A DNA stretch of 63,499 nt, counting the filler, from Octopus bimaculoides (lineage: Eukaryota): assembly GCF_001194135.2 (NCBI RefSeq). It is 5 parts of 4 records of this genome, joined end to end, with 100 filler letters (N's around TTAATTAATTAA, not from the genome) between each part and the next. Parts side by side here need not be neighbours in the genome. Positions count along the whole stretch, not along the records: positions 1 to 12,197 come from NC_068989.1; 4 more parts are not named here. One strand, 5' to 3'. This document shows positions 1-12,027 of the stretch, piece by piece; position 1 is the first letter of the stretch; each line of letters starts with the position of its first letter. Both the position numbers and the translations under genes were made by a program. Under the pieces are notes generated by a model. The model was given only the letters and a program-made list of their open reading frames with translations, did not search any database and had not been told where the DNA came from.

Positions 1-307
1 CTTTCTCTCTTTCTCTCTTTCTCTCTCTCTCTCTCTCTGAAAGTATCTGTCATTACAGTATCGAAATGTGATTGTTTCAGTTAGTAGAATAGTTTCATTT
101 TTAAAGTGAAAGTATTTGACATGAGTGTTTTTGTTTCACTTTTGACACGTAATACTTAAATAGTGGAGGAGATATTATGTTGCCGTGGGCTCGAACTCTG
201 CAAGAAGTTAAATTTTTTTTGACTAAAACACAACTGGAACCCTAAGTAAGGCATGTGTAAAATTTGAATGAAATTGGTTGCGTAGTTCTCGAGTTTTAGG
301 GATTCAC

Positions 308-341
<34 letters not shown>

Positions 342-922
342 GTTCTCATTTATATATATATAGATTACTTAATACGTATAAGCCAAAACACGACGGGCTG
401 GCATGTACAATATAATCGAGAGTTAATTTTTCCTTGTATGAAAGTGTATAATGTTCTTGTCATTGTAGCATCAGGAAAGAGATAGACAGAGTGTTGTTTG
501 TTAGAACGGCGCTAGTGAAAGTGAGAGACAGGAGAGGGAAGTTGTATGGTGGAACATCATAACGGCCGATCGCTTTCTCTCTACCTCTGTGACTGCCTCT
601 AGTGGTTTGCTTGGAACTGTTTGTATTTATAAGTATGCAGACCAGCCAGAAAAAGAGGTATGCCGCTCTAACAATGGTCAAATTAATGTAGGTCACTCAT
701 TATGTATTTCAGCTTTTCATGGCACAGAAAAGGTTAAGAGTCAAGTGGAAAACACATAGATCTGCGTTGCTCCTTGACAGAACGATAGGCCGTATGGGTA
801 GGGGGGGGGGATTTCTTGATTCGATTTCGAATCTCAGATAGGGGCAAACGAGGTCTCTCTCTCTCTCTCTTTCTCTCTCTCCACACACACAGACACACAC
901 ATACATACATACATACATACAT

Positions 923-954
<32 letters not shown>

Positions 955-1193
955 GCGCACACACACACATATAATACAAATAATATATATATATATATAT
1001 ATACATGCTTTTATTAAAGCTGCAATTTTATCACCAAACTGTTACTCAAAGTTTCACGTTCCCGTACGTCGGACAGCTGTGATGAGAATTCTATTACTCT
1101 ACCTATCGTATTCGAGTACTATTTTTTCCACCTTCTTTGGCACTTATGTGCTCACGTGTGTGTATGAGAGAGAGAGAGAGACAGACAGACAGA

Positions 1194-1480
1194 AGGCGCG
1201 TGGCTAAGTGGTTAGAGTATTCGGCTTACGATCGCAAGGTCGTGAGTTCGATACCTGGTGATGAGTTGTGTCCCTTCGCTTTGCTCTAGTTCACTTAGCT
1301 GGCAAAATGAGTCGTACCTGTTTTTCAAAGGACTAGCTTTGTCATGTTCTGTGTCGCACTGAATCTCCTTGAGAACTATGTCAAGGGTATGTGTGTCTGT
1401 GGAGTGTTCTACTACTTGCCCAATAATTTCACGAGCTGGCTGTTCCGCTGATAGGATCAACTGAATTCTCACCAGAGTGC
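1194..1480 (+). mobile_element. tRNA-derived SINE (tRNA head plus conserved central core)
   Basis: Pol III A-box TGGCTAAGTGG (1201-1211) and B-box GAGTTCGATACC (1244-1255). The 3' body (gaatctccttgagaactatgtcaagggt...ttcacgagctggctgttccgctgataggatcaactg) matches the reverse complement of the SINE at 58672-59055. Confidence 0.85.
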
Positions 1481-1576
1481 CAGTTTTCCATAAGTCAAGA
1501 AAACTGATACTCAACGAAGGTTGTTCAACAAATGTTCAACCTAAGTCAAATAAACTAACCCAGAAAAATCCTTTAA

Positions 1577-2514
1577 TGCGACCTCATAAGATTATATATA
1601 CTGGACAACAATTTTTTTTCTCCGTGTTTTTCTCCTTGTCTCCGTATTCTTTCTGTTGAAGAGCGTAGCTCGAAACGTCAAAGACTTTCCGTATTCCCGA
1701 GCGTCATACTAATATATACTTTTGTTATTTACACCACCTGTCCTCGTCTGTTGTTATTTTTTGTATATTCTCCCATATATACTGGACACCTTAAGTAAGA
1801 GGTTCCCTTCAATCCACTTTGGTCTATATAGAGAAGACATTTTAGCCATTTCTAGAAGTGCAAATGGGTACATCCTGGATGGGCTTAGTAGGACCTGATG
1901 CACTAGGTTTCCTCGGTCTTAAGGTTAACATTGAGACCAACTGTACATTGTAAAGTTTTGGTATGCTCAATTTGGACATCAGTTCATAAAGACTCCACGG
2001 CAAACCAAATGAAAGGCTGGTGTGTATCAACACAGCCTGCTATCAACCACCTATTGTGTACAAAAGCCTTGTGAAGAGTGTCTGCCTGTAAGAGGGTTTC
2101 GAGCCTATCTTCGACTGAAGACATTTTTGATGCAGCACCCTGCCCCCTATTACAAAGAGGTTCTGATGGACGGCGGGTTGAAGGTGTAGTGGCTTCATGC
2201 AGGCATGGCGTGGATTCGATCCTCGATAGCCAAATTTCACTGATTCCACCTTAATACCGTTACAAAGGACCACATCACCTAACACCCACAAAAGAAAGCA
2301 CCACCATATGGACCTTTGGTTGCCTCACCCTTCTCACTCAACTTCAAAACCTGCACGGGAAGACTCTTTCTTAGATTAGTTGATAGGCATTTCACAGAGT
2401 CTCATAGGTATACGAGAATGAAAGACCCTGAATGAAGGTGCACAAAAGATTATGCTGGGTTGCATGTGCAACTGCACATACTTTGTGCAGCAGTAATACA
2501 TGTCGATCACAGTA
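1577..2514 (+). pseudogene. Penelope-like element (PLE) reverse transcriptase remnant, interrupted by a 167-bp insertion
   Basis: Manual translation gives CDLIRLYILD / YILDTLSKRFPSIHFGLYREDILAI (degenerate GLYRDD motif), then GLKVNIETN...KPNERLVCINTACYQPPIVYKSLVKSV...SSLSSTEDIFDAA..PYYKEVL and PFSLNFKTCTGRLFLRLVDRHF. This resembles PLE RT palm/thumb. It has several stops and frameshifts and runs into an N gap. Confidence 0.75.
1608..1774 (+). mobile_element. Short retroposon with hammerhead-ribozyme-like motif, copy 1
   Basis: Flanked by an exact 14-bp direct repeat ATATATACTGGACA (1594-1607 and 1775-1788). Homologous to 12028-12183. The hammerhead-like motif spans 1648-1684. Confidence 0.7.
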
Positions 2515-3170
2515 NNNNNNNNNNNNNNNNNNNNNNNNNNNNNNNNNNNNNNNNNNNNNNNNNNNNNNNNNNNNNNNNNNNNNNNNNNNNNNNNNNNNNN
2601 NNNNNNNNNNNNNNNNNNNNNNNNNNNNNNNNNNNNNNNNNNNNNNNNNNNNNNNNNNNNNNNNNNNNNNNNNNNNNNNNNNNNNNNNNNNNNNNNNNNN
2701 NNNNNNNNNNNNNNNNNNNNNNNNNNNNNNNNNNNNNNNNNNNNNNNNNNNNNNNNNNNNNNNNNNNNNNNNNNNNNNNNNNNNNNNNNNNNNNNNNNNN
2801 NNNNNNNNNNNNNNNNNNNNNNNNNNNNNNNNNNNNNNNNNNNNNNNNNNNNNNNNNNNNNNNNNNNNNNNNNNNNNNNNNNNNNNNNNNNNNNNNNNNN
2901 NNNNNNNNNNNNNNNNNNNNNNNNNNNNNNNNNNNNNNNNNNNNNNNNNNNNNNNNNNNNNNNNNNNNNNNNNNNNNNNNNNNNNNNNNNNNNNNNNNNN
3001 NNNNNNNNNNNNNNNNNNNNNNNNNNNNNNNNNNNNNNNNNNNNNNNNNNNNNNNNNNNNNNNNNNNNNNNNNNNNNNNNNNNNNNNNNNNNNNNNNNNN
3101 NNNNNNNNNNNNNNNNNNNNNNNNNNNNNNNNNNNNNNNNNNNNNNNNNNNNNNNNNNNNNNNNNNNNNT

Positions 3171-3310
3171 TTACTTGTTTCAGTCATTTGACTGCGACCA
3201 TGCTGGAACACCGCCTTTAGTCGAACAAGTCGACCCCTGGACTTATTCTTTGTTATCCTAGTACTTATTCTATCGGTTTATTTTGCTGAACCGCTAAATT
3301 ACGGGGGACG
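3171..3310 (-). mobile_element. SINE family B fragment (3' part)
   Basis: ttacttgtttcagtcatttgactgcgaccatgctggaacaccgcctttagtcgaacaagtcgacccc recurs at 52645-52810, 55530-55700 and, inverted, at 26570-26750. Confidence 0.8.
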
Positions 3311-4240
3311 GGTGTGCATGAGGCAGGAAGCATTCCAGTGGAACACAAATGGAAACGATTGGCAGTGGACGTGACGCACTACCAGCAGGGGACATACCTT
3401 TCGATGCTCGACTGCGGACTGGGGTGATGGAGGGAGATGAAGACGGGGACCGCGGAGGAAATCACAAGAATACTAAATGAGATATTCCTAGAACGAAGCC
3501 CCGTGGATGAGCTGCTTGTGGACAATGGCACGGCGTTTTGTTCGGAGGTGCTGAGGGAAATGCTCGACAGGTGGTATGTTAGTTAGCCGTTTCTTCAGGG
3601 TGGCATACCGGCCAAGTGGCAATGTGGTTGTAGAGAGATATTATCGCACCATCACGACCATAGCAGAGAGGGGCCACATCTCACCGGTCGAGGCTGTTTT
3701 TTGGTATAATATGTCGCTCAGATCGGGACAAGCTGAGGAGTCAGTGCCACACAGGGCAATATTCAAGTACGATTGGAGACATCCATATACTTCATCGCCG
3801 CAACCCGCAGAAGAGAAAGAGCATGCCTTTGTGCAGGTCGGGGAAGAAGTCTGGTTAAATTCCCAAATGCGCGGTGCACATCACAATGGGGTAAGAGGAC
3901 AATAACCTCTGTAAATTCGTAGAACAATGTGTCCGTAGATGACATGCCACATCGTGTTTTGGATGTGCGCAGGATCATCAATGCGTCGGAGGATGGAGCC
4001 AACAGTAATGGTCAAGAGGACAAGCCGGCAGCAACATACCGGGGCCAGTCCTGAAGTCCTACTGCGGTCACGGAGAGAGCGGTGCCTTCCTCACTGGTTG
4101 GCTGATTACGAGACAAGTTAAGGTGTGTGGTCAGAGTTGAGGAGAGGGTGTAGGCAGGTTGGTTGAATGATCTACAGACCAGGGGGAGGTGTGGTGTTAT
4201 GAGCCAGGCTGTGTTGTAGGGAAGGACCGGAAGTGAGGGA
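3311..4240 (+). mobile_element. Ty3/Gypsy LTR retrotransposon 3' remnant: integrase, PPT and start of 3' LTR
   Basis: Translation KWKRLAVDVTHYQQGTYLSMLDCG...PVDELLVDNGTAFCSE...(frameshift) AYRPSGNVVVERYYRTI shows the rve D-D-E residues. A polypurine tract AGGGGGAGG (4181-4189) is immediately followed by TGTGG at 4190, the expected LTR start. Confidence 0.8.
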
Positions 4241-4855
4241 NNNNNNNNNNNNNNNNNNNNNNNNNNNNNNNNNNNNNNNNNNNNNNNNNNNNNNNNNNNN
4301 NNNNNNNNNNNNNNNNNNNNNNNNNNNNNNNNNNNNNNNNNNNNNNNNNNNNNNNNNNNNNNNNNNNNNNNNNNNNNNNNNNNNNNNNNNNNNNNNNNNN
4401 NNNNNNNNNNNNNNNNNNNNNNNNNNNNNNNNNNNNNNNNNNNNNNNNNNNNNNNNNNNNNNNNNNNNNNNNNNNNNNNNNNNNNNNNNNNNNNNNNNNN
4501 NNNNNNNNNNNNNNNNNNNNNNNNNNNNNNNNNNNNNNNNNNNNNNNNNNNNNNNNNNNNNNNNNNNNNNNNNNNNNNNNNNNNNNNNNNNNNNNNNNNN
4601 NNNNNNNNNNNNNNNNNNNNNNNNNNNNNNNNNNNNNNNNNNNNNNNNNNNNNNNNNNNNNNNNNNNNNNNNNNNNNNNNNNNNNNNNNNNNNNNNNNNN
4701 NNNNNNNNNNNNNNNNNNNNNNNNNNNNNNNNNNNNNNNNNNNNNNNNNNNNNNNNNNNNNNNNNNNNNNNNNNNNNNNNNNNNNNNNNNNNNNNNNNNN
4801 NNNNNNNNNNNNNNNNNNNNNNNNNNNNNNNNNNNNNNNNNNNNNNNNNNNNNNA

Positions 4856-4970
4856 AGTCTGGTACCTACTCAATCGGTCTTCCCAGCCAAACCGCTAAGT
4901 TATAGGAATGTAAACACACCAATATCGGTTGTCAAGCAATGATGGGGGAACAGACACAAAGACACACATG
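4856..4970 (-). mobile_element. SINE family B fragment
   Basis: ggtacctactcaatcggtcttcccagccaaaccgctaagttataggaatgtaaacacaccaatatcggttgtcaagc is similar to 3260-3310 and 52720-52800. Confidence 0.7.
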
Positions 4971-4996
4971 CATATATATATATATATATATAAGGC

Positions 4997-5091
4997 TTGG
5001 ACAAAATAATGGAAACACCTTCAAATTTCAAACAAATTTATTTTAATATGGGGTAGGACCGCCTTTGGCAGTAATTACAGCTTGAATTCTA
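4997..5091 (-). mobile_element. Truncated right end of the same Tc1 family as 24793-26080
   Basis: ttggacaaaataatggaaacaccttcaaatttcaaacaaatttattttaatatggggtaggaccgcctttggcagtaattacagcttgaattct is nearly the exact reverse complement of 25981-26075. Confidence 0.9.
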
Positions 5092-5529
5092 CGTTTTTTC
5101 TTTTTGTTTGTTTGTGCGCACGTGTGTGGGCCAGTGTGTGTGTGCATACACATGTATGTATGGATGGATGGATGGATGGATGGATGGATGGATGGATGGA
5201 TGGATGTGCGCTTCCACATATGTCCTCGTGTGAAGTGAAGTGTGTGTATATTGTCACGTGTTTCAGTCTTCATTTGCATATGTATGTGTGTATGTGTGCT
5301 TGTCTGTTCATATTACCTATGTACCTATCCGTTTGTATGTCTATCTTTTTACATTCATATCCATTTACCTACATACATGCGCATATACATNNNNNNNNNN
5401 TTTTACATTCATATCCATTTACCTACATACATGCGCATATACATATACGTACACACACATACATCTACATAACAGCCCACTAACTATTCCACCTGTATAT
5501 AAATATAAACTGTGGGTATGGGGGTATGA

Positions 5530-7550
5530 TTACCTACTATTTATATTTCCCATTTAGTACTGGGGATATTTTATTTATGAGAACGTACTACTGTGTTTGT
5601 CTGAGGGTTGGGTCCTTTGGGTGCTTGGATAAAATGCGGATGTGAAGTTGACCTAGGTTGCCTCCGTGTTGGTCCTTGACATGTTAGTAGAGTATGGAGG
5701 ACTGTTTTTGTCATATTGTCTCAAATGTTCATTAAGTCTCTCCGCAATGCTCCTAGATGTCTCCCCTTTGTATGTCATGTACATGTCTTTACAAGCACCT
5801 TCTATGCATCTTATGCTGTAGACTACATTTCTAGTTCAACAGTTAATGCCAGGGCTAATCCTACATACCATAAAGTTATCACTGGTGCATATGGTATTCT
5901 CCTGCATAGTTGTGATCTGATGGAGTTCCCTGGCTTTTCAACAATCTTCATGTTGAATTTGGTCTCCTTCAGAGCCTTCCTAAATCTACGTGCTAGTTCT
6001 CCATGGGCTGTGGCCTCTACAAACATCACTCCTTGATATTTGTCGGTTTTATACCACGTGTTCACCGCGTTTGCTTTGACACAAGCTCTTTGTATTCTAT
6101 TCCAGTCTTTGCTTCTATATCTAGGGCAGGTACCACTAGTTTCATTACATATAATGTTATCTAACTTCTTTCTAACACCCCTGTATACTCGAACCCCATC
6201 TTTCTGATCATATCCAGAGAATTGCATGTGGTGCATGAAGTTCTGTACATGCTTCTTCGTTTCGTAGGGTTTACGTAGTGGGGACACGTTGCTCATTATC
6301 CTAACTAAGTCTGCTATCAGTATGTTTATTTTCAAGCTGTGTGACAAAGCTGAGTTCTTGTGAACAACATATTTTGAAGCTATGGGTTTCATATAATATG
6401 AGTGAAGGAGCTGCACTCTATTGTTCACAGTCTCTAACCAAAGTTCAGTATCAAGGACGGGGAGTCTATTGTTGGGGTGACTAGTGGGGTAATCTATAGT
6501 TACCTTGATACTTTGGTGGATGGACTTAGCTACCTGCTGGTTGCTCTCCATTATGTTCCTCTCAGTTACTACATAACGTTACTAGGATATTAATGTCGTC
6601 TACATAACTACTGTAAAGTAAAAGAGTTGTGGACTGTTCTGCTAAGGATTGCTTAAGTTTTCTGTTCCACCAGGTCATGAAGAGGCCAGCCACATCTCCA
6701 GCTACACCGATACCAATGGCTGCACCTTGAAACTGCATGTATAGTTTCTTGTTAAACTTTAAGGTGGTTTTTATGTTAGCCCCTATTGCATGTGCAATCA
6801 TTCCTTTCACCTGATTGTTGTTCTCAAGGTCTTGGGTGGGTGCGGTCCAGCCACTCCAGCACTCTGCGATGCTTTTCTTCACTGCCGAGGTGATTGTGAG
6901 TGGTTTTTCCCTTTTGTGACCTGGTGGGACAATCTACAGAGGTCATGGTCGTCTAAATAGTCACTGTCATAGCTTAGTCTAAGGAGTTTCCTCGTGTTGA
7001 CTTCACGGAACACTACTCCACTCTCACAGATTATCTCAATGCATTTCTCCACAGCAAAATCTATGTCTAAAGATGGGTAGAGTGAAATCACATCCATGCG
7101 ACCCACTACACAACGTGTGAGGTCGTTGGAGTGGTCGCAAGTACTGATTTTACTGAGGAGATCCTCCATGCTCACACAGACATTTGGGGACATTTCTATG
7201 AGAGGTCGTAATACCTGAGGGAGGAAGTAGGACAGTCTATAATTGCCGGGTATATTCACTCCGCAAACTGGTCGGGTTGGGAGCTCCATAACAGGGTTTA
7301 CATGGGGTTAACGGTCTTTGCCTAACCCGTATAGTGTAGGAACATCATTGTTGGATGCTTCAAAATTTTGTGCAGTCTGTTTCTTAGGTTGGAGTATGTT
7401 GCACCACACTCCCATGTGTACATTGATGAGTTTTTCCACTCTTTCATGTTCCTGTGGTGCAAATTCTCTCACGCTACTGATGTGATGTTGCATGGTCTGG
7501 ATATAGTTCTGTGGGCTGTCTATAGACAGTCTGCCTGATTTGTCCGTAGG
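5530..7550 (-). mobile_element. Penelope-like element (RT, Cys-rich linker, C-terminal GIY-YIG; Neptune/Nematis-type architecture), degenerate
   Basis: ORF 6562-6882 has RT motifs LYMQFQGAAIGIGVAG and LYSSYVDDINILV. ORF 5823-6551 has a thumb region (RLPVLDTELW, YYMKP, FSGYDQ, VMFVEATAHGEL). After a frameshift comes TICTSDNFMVCRISPGINC*TRNVVYSIRCIEGACKDMYMTYKGETSRSIAERLNEH, a GIY-YIG endonuclease. Confidence 0.85.
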
Positions 7551-8199
7551 GAGGCATACTAATTCCCTGTTCCTAATTCGCTGTTTCAGATTTTTGCTAT
7601 GGAGGGGGACCCACCAACTCAGTTCATCTGTTTTTTGCTATGGAGAGGACCCACCAACTCAGTTCATCTGTCGCCAAAGGCCTACAAAAGATGAAAAATG
7701 GTTATTGATACGCTTTTTCATATTTATCGAACATCCTATATATATATAAAGTTACCAGCCTCAGTTACGATTGTACATTTATGAATTACGTTTTGGATTG
7801 AACATCGAAATAACGGACAGTGAGATTTAACTCTACAATTGCAACCGGTCTACTATTAATATTATTGATATTCCTATCATTGATGTTATTATCATTATTA
7901 TTATTATTACTACTAATATAATCTATGTTATTTTTTTATTTTTGTTATTATTATTTATTCTTCCTTCAACTGTAGTATCATTTAAATTCATCTCAACATC
8001 AACAGGCATTGTGTCAGTAATCCCTGTTCTAGTATAACTTCGGAGTCACAGACTATATTGTACATATTAGATGCGTTAGTACTGTTGTTTCTCATTCCTA
8101 CATTTCCATTAATATCATTCTCATTGTAGGGGTTTAAACTAGTGTTGACAATACTAATATTATTATTATTAACTCCTATTGCTATTTTATATTCTTTCT

Positions 8200-11100
8200 A
8201 TTTAACCTGGCAATGATTTAGGCTCTGGGATTGTAATCTAATCCCCTGTGGACTAGTGTACCCTGTAAGTTTCATATTCAGTTTTGGACACTGGTAGGGC
8301 AGAGCTTGGAATTTTTCAGCATTAAACTGCATATCATTATCCTCAGCCCATCTAGTCCAACTCCTGCTGCAGATGTGCAACATCACTGGAGTTTTGTATT
8401 TTCTAAAAGACTTTCGTATCGTATGCGTAGCTAACAAGGGTGGCTATCCGGGAAGCTGAGGGCATATCTGAGAGGGCCACTATAAAAAGCAACGGTCCCA
8501 AGACAGTGCCCTGAGGAACACCGCCCACTAATTTTGTTTTCTTTGAGGTGGATCCATTGGCCACTACTGCCTGACTTCTATCTTTCAGAAAGTCATGTAA
8601 CCACTCCCTAAGTTTTCCAGCTATGCCGCGATCACGCAGTTTGTGGCATATCATACTATGATCCGCTTTATCAAAAGCTTTTGCAAAATCAAGGCATATT
8701 AGGCCCACGTTTGAGTTGTTGAGTAACTGCCTCAACATCCAGTCATATTGTTGTAAGAGCTGGATCAAGCAGCTCCTGCCTGGTCGAAAGCCATGCTAGG
8801 TATCACTCAGCTAGTTATTTTCTTCAAGGAATGCGATTAGTTTCACTCCGACTATCCGTTCCATGACTTTGCTGATGTGTGAAGTCATAGAGATAGGCCT
8901 ATAGTTTTTGGCATCTGCTCTGCTTCCCCCTTTATGGATTGGGCATGTTATTCCCTCCTTCAGCATGCTGGGCAGCCTGCCATTTGCAAGAAAGCTCTGG
9001 TAGAGAATCTGTAGAGGTTTTGCCAGGGCACGCTTACACAATTTGAGGAGGATTGCTGGAAAACCATCAGGACCAGCAGTTGAGTTTGCGTCCCCTTCAT
9101 CTATAGCTAGTAGTACATCTTCTTCGCTAATGTCGATGTATTCCATCGTGACTGCCTCGCTGGTTATAGGTGAGGCGGCAAAGAAATCCACTGGTTTGTT
9201 CACTTGTCTGTGTTCCAACAGGGTGGTAAAGACACTTTTGAACTGGTCATTCAGTACCTCACTGATCCTGGTTGGACTATCTGTAAGGAAGTCATCCTTT
9301 TTGAAGAGGGGTCCTATCTTGCAGTGTACTGAGGCTGTTTGTTTCGCATAATGAAAGAAGGCCTTTGGGTTTGGCTTAACGTTTTTTATAACCCAGGCTT
9401 CTTTGTCTGCTCTCTCCCTCACATAGGATTGTTGCAGGCTGTTTTCAATCTCCATCAGTGTTTTTTTAGATGGGACCTTTCGCTACTTTTGGAATGCTGG
9501 TTGAAGCGATTTGCAACCTTCGTCTGTCGTCTCATGAGGATCTTCCTCTCCCTTGGAATCTTGTTCCTTTTTGTGTTGGCCTTGTGCTCTGGGACATTTC
9601 TGGCATTTGGTTTGCATAACACACATGAATGTCTGCTAATGTCTGGTGTGGAGAGACATTTCAGCCAGTCCTCTCTGAGGATCTCTTTTTGGATCAATTT
9701 CCAATCTGCTTTGTGGAAGTTCAGATCGGAGAGATTTTGAGTGCTTCCTTTAGGTTGCATGTCTCTGGCAACTTTTGGCCCAAACATAGACAGCTCTATT
9801 ATGCTGTGATCCGAGACTAATGTCAGCGTCACTTTCACATTATGAACGATGTCCATATTGTTTGTGAAGCAGAAATCCAAAATGTTATTCACCCTAGTTG
9901 GTCTGAGTACAACTTGCTCCATGAATAGGGCATTGGTGAGGTTGAGCAGGGACTCCACCTGTGCTTGTTTGCAATGAGTTATTCCTGAGAGAATGAGGCC
10001 TTCAGACCATTGGGGAAGTTGAAATCACCTATAAGAAATACGCTCACGTGGTGTTCCAGTTTCATGAGGATTTCTTTAATTCTTGTGAGGCAGTCTTCAA
10101 ACTTGCCTATGTGGAGCATCTGGTGGACGGTATGTATTGCATATGACCATATTGTGTTGTCCTATGTATACAATTAAAGTGTCAGATACTGAATTTGAGT
10201 ATGACAGTAAAACCTGGGGCGTGAGGTCATCACGGATGTATATACAGCAACTCCACCATGGCTCCCTTCCTTTCTGTCTGTTCGCAGTATGGTATATTTT
10301 AGTACGTGCACTTCTGCATCCTCTATATCAGGGCTCAGATTAATTTCCACGAGTGCTATGCATAGGGCTTGATTACATGCAGCAAGGTCACTCAGGAAAA
10401 AAATGTTGCTTTTGTTATGATGCAACAGGCCCCCAATATTTAGTAAAAATATTGGCATGACGATTGTGCAGGCGTTAGGAGAGGCCATCCCGTGTCTGGT
10501 GATTGTGGTGGTCTTGCGCAGTGGTGGGCAAAGTTCCTCATTTGTTCTTGATGTAGCCAGGTCAGCTGCTGCACAATCTTTTGCACCATGCACAAAAAAA
10601 CTCTTGCTCAGCTGCTGCCTTGTGCATAACATCTGAAGGGCGCACTGCTTGTGCATATTTTTTCTTTGGAAGCGATTGGTGTCTTTCCTCAGGGAAGTTT
10701 TTCTCCTTGAGGCGCCTGCAATTTTGGCATGATCTCGGGTGAGCAAACCGGCAATTTGTACCGTCTTCCTCATGCCAACATTTGCCTTGCAGGTAAAATT
10801 TGCAGGTCCTTGAGTGCACTCCAAATTTCTTCTCTTTCCTAGGGTTTCAGAGCCTCCATATTTGAATATTCTGCTTTTTGTTTGGTGGTTTGGGGTTCCG
10901 GTTTTAGTTATTTCATTTTCTTCCTTTTCTTTTTTCTCCCCTTCCTTCTTTATGTTTGTGCTCGTGTTCTTCCTTTTCTTGTCGTAGCATTTGCATTCCT
11001 CTGTGGTGAGGACTCCATTCCTTTGTAGGACCACTGGCATAGAGGGGCTTCTGGTTGCTGCTTCCTTGGCTTCCTTATCCTTATCAGCCTGGTCGTTCAC

Positions 11101-11430
11101 AGGAGTGGGGAGGGATCCATTCCTTTGAGGAACCACTGGATCAAAGAGACTTCTGGTTTTTGTTTCGTTTTCCCTATCCTTATCAGCCTTGCCACAATAG
11201 TTTTCCATTATGACATCCAGAATGTCAATGTGTGGTCTGATAAGGCCATAGGATCGGATGAATTCAGTTTTCTTCCGCTCTATCTGATCAATGGTTCTAC
11301 AGAAGCCATTGTTCTTCAGTGCAGCAGTGAGATGTTGTTTGGCGGATCGTTGCTAGCAAATGTCCATACTCGCAACAGAAGATTCAATTCTTTCTTACCC
11401 CACTTTGGTGCCATCTTCGTTTTTTAAGCC
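8200..11430 (-). mobile_element. CR1/L2-type LINE, degenerate: ORF1 with CCCH zinc finger, ORF2 with APE endonuclease and RT
   Basis: APE start IFLLNIGGL...IALVEINLSPDIEDAEV...RTDRKEGSHGGVAVY and NNILDFCFTNN. RT motifs GPDGFPAILLK, NYRPISMTSHISKVMER, LDFAKAFDK, GVPQGTVLGPLLF and degenerate YAYD(TK). ORF1 contains CKFYLQGKCWHEEDGTNCRFAH. Multiple frameshifts; the 3' end is truncated near 8200-8220. Confidence 0.9.
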
Positions 11431-11940
11431 GAGTAGGGAGGAGAGGCTAGAGAGGACGTGAGAGAGACAGAGGGGGTAGAGAAGAACAAAGAGGGAGAGA
11501 TAGGAAAAAAGAGAGGGAGATATGAAGAGAAAGGAGATGTTGGGTGATAGCGAGACAGAGGAAGGTAGAGGAGGGGAAGAGAAAGAGAGACAAAGTGAGG
11601 GAGAGGAGAGGAAGAGAAAGAAAGACAGAATGAGAGGAAGAGAAAGGGAGACAGGGTGAAGGAGAGAGAAGAATGAAGGATGTGAGGGAAAGTGAAAGAC
11701 GGAGTGAGAAGAGGGGGAAATGGGAAGTATATGAGGGAGAGGGTGAGGTGACAGGAGGAGAGGTAGATGTAGAGAGAGACAAAGGAAGGGAGAAAAGGAG
11801 GAAGATACGAAAGGGACGGGGAGACAGAATGAGGGAGGGAGAAAGAAGCGGGAAAGGAAGGAGAGAGAAGAGACGAAGAGATAGGTATGAAACAGAGAGG
11901 GGGAGCAGGTAACGAAGATATGAAGGACAGAGAAAAACAA
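11430..11940. repeat. GA-rich low-complexity (polypurine) tract
   Basis: About 500 bp of almost pure purines on the + strand. It explains the S/L/P/F-rich ORFs in the track. Confidence 0.9.
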
Positions 11941-12027
11941 AATATTATAAATCTCGACGGGTGCTGTAAAAAAGATAAAGTGAAAAATATATATTTTGCC
12001 ATGATAGATCGCTAGCCACTACACACA

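Noticed and set aside
1194-1260. tRNA-like sequences at SINE heads (also 13015-13075, 53790-53835 and 58990-59055)
   Set aside because: They have A and B boxes but no complete cloverleaf and continue directly into repeat bodies, so they are not tRNA genes.
5347-5444. 44-bp direct repeat separated by 10 N
   Set aside because: Typical unmerged contig overlap, so an assembly artefact.
5826-5850. In-frame TGA next to Cys (INC*TRNVVY) in the PLE endonuclease linker as possible selenocysteine, since some Naiad PLEs encode Sec
   Set aside because: The TGA does not replace a Cys position and is best explained by CGA-to-TGA decay. The element has other frameshifts, its GIY-YIG is C-terminal rather than the Naiad arrangement, and no SECIS was identified.
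7591-7671. 40-bp tandem duplication upstream of the PLE, as a possible spacer-repeat array
   Set aside because: Only two adjacent units with no spacer, in eukaryotic context. A simple local duplication, not CRISPR.
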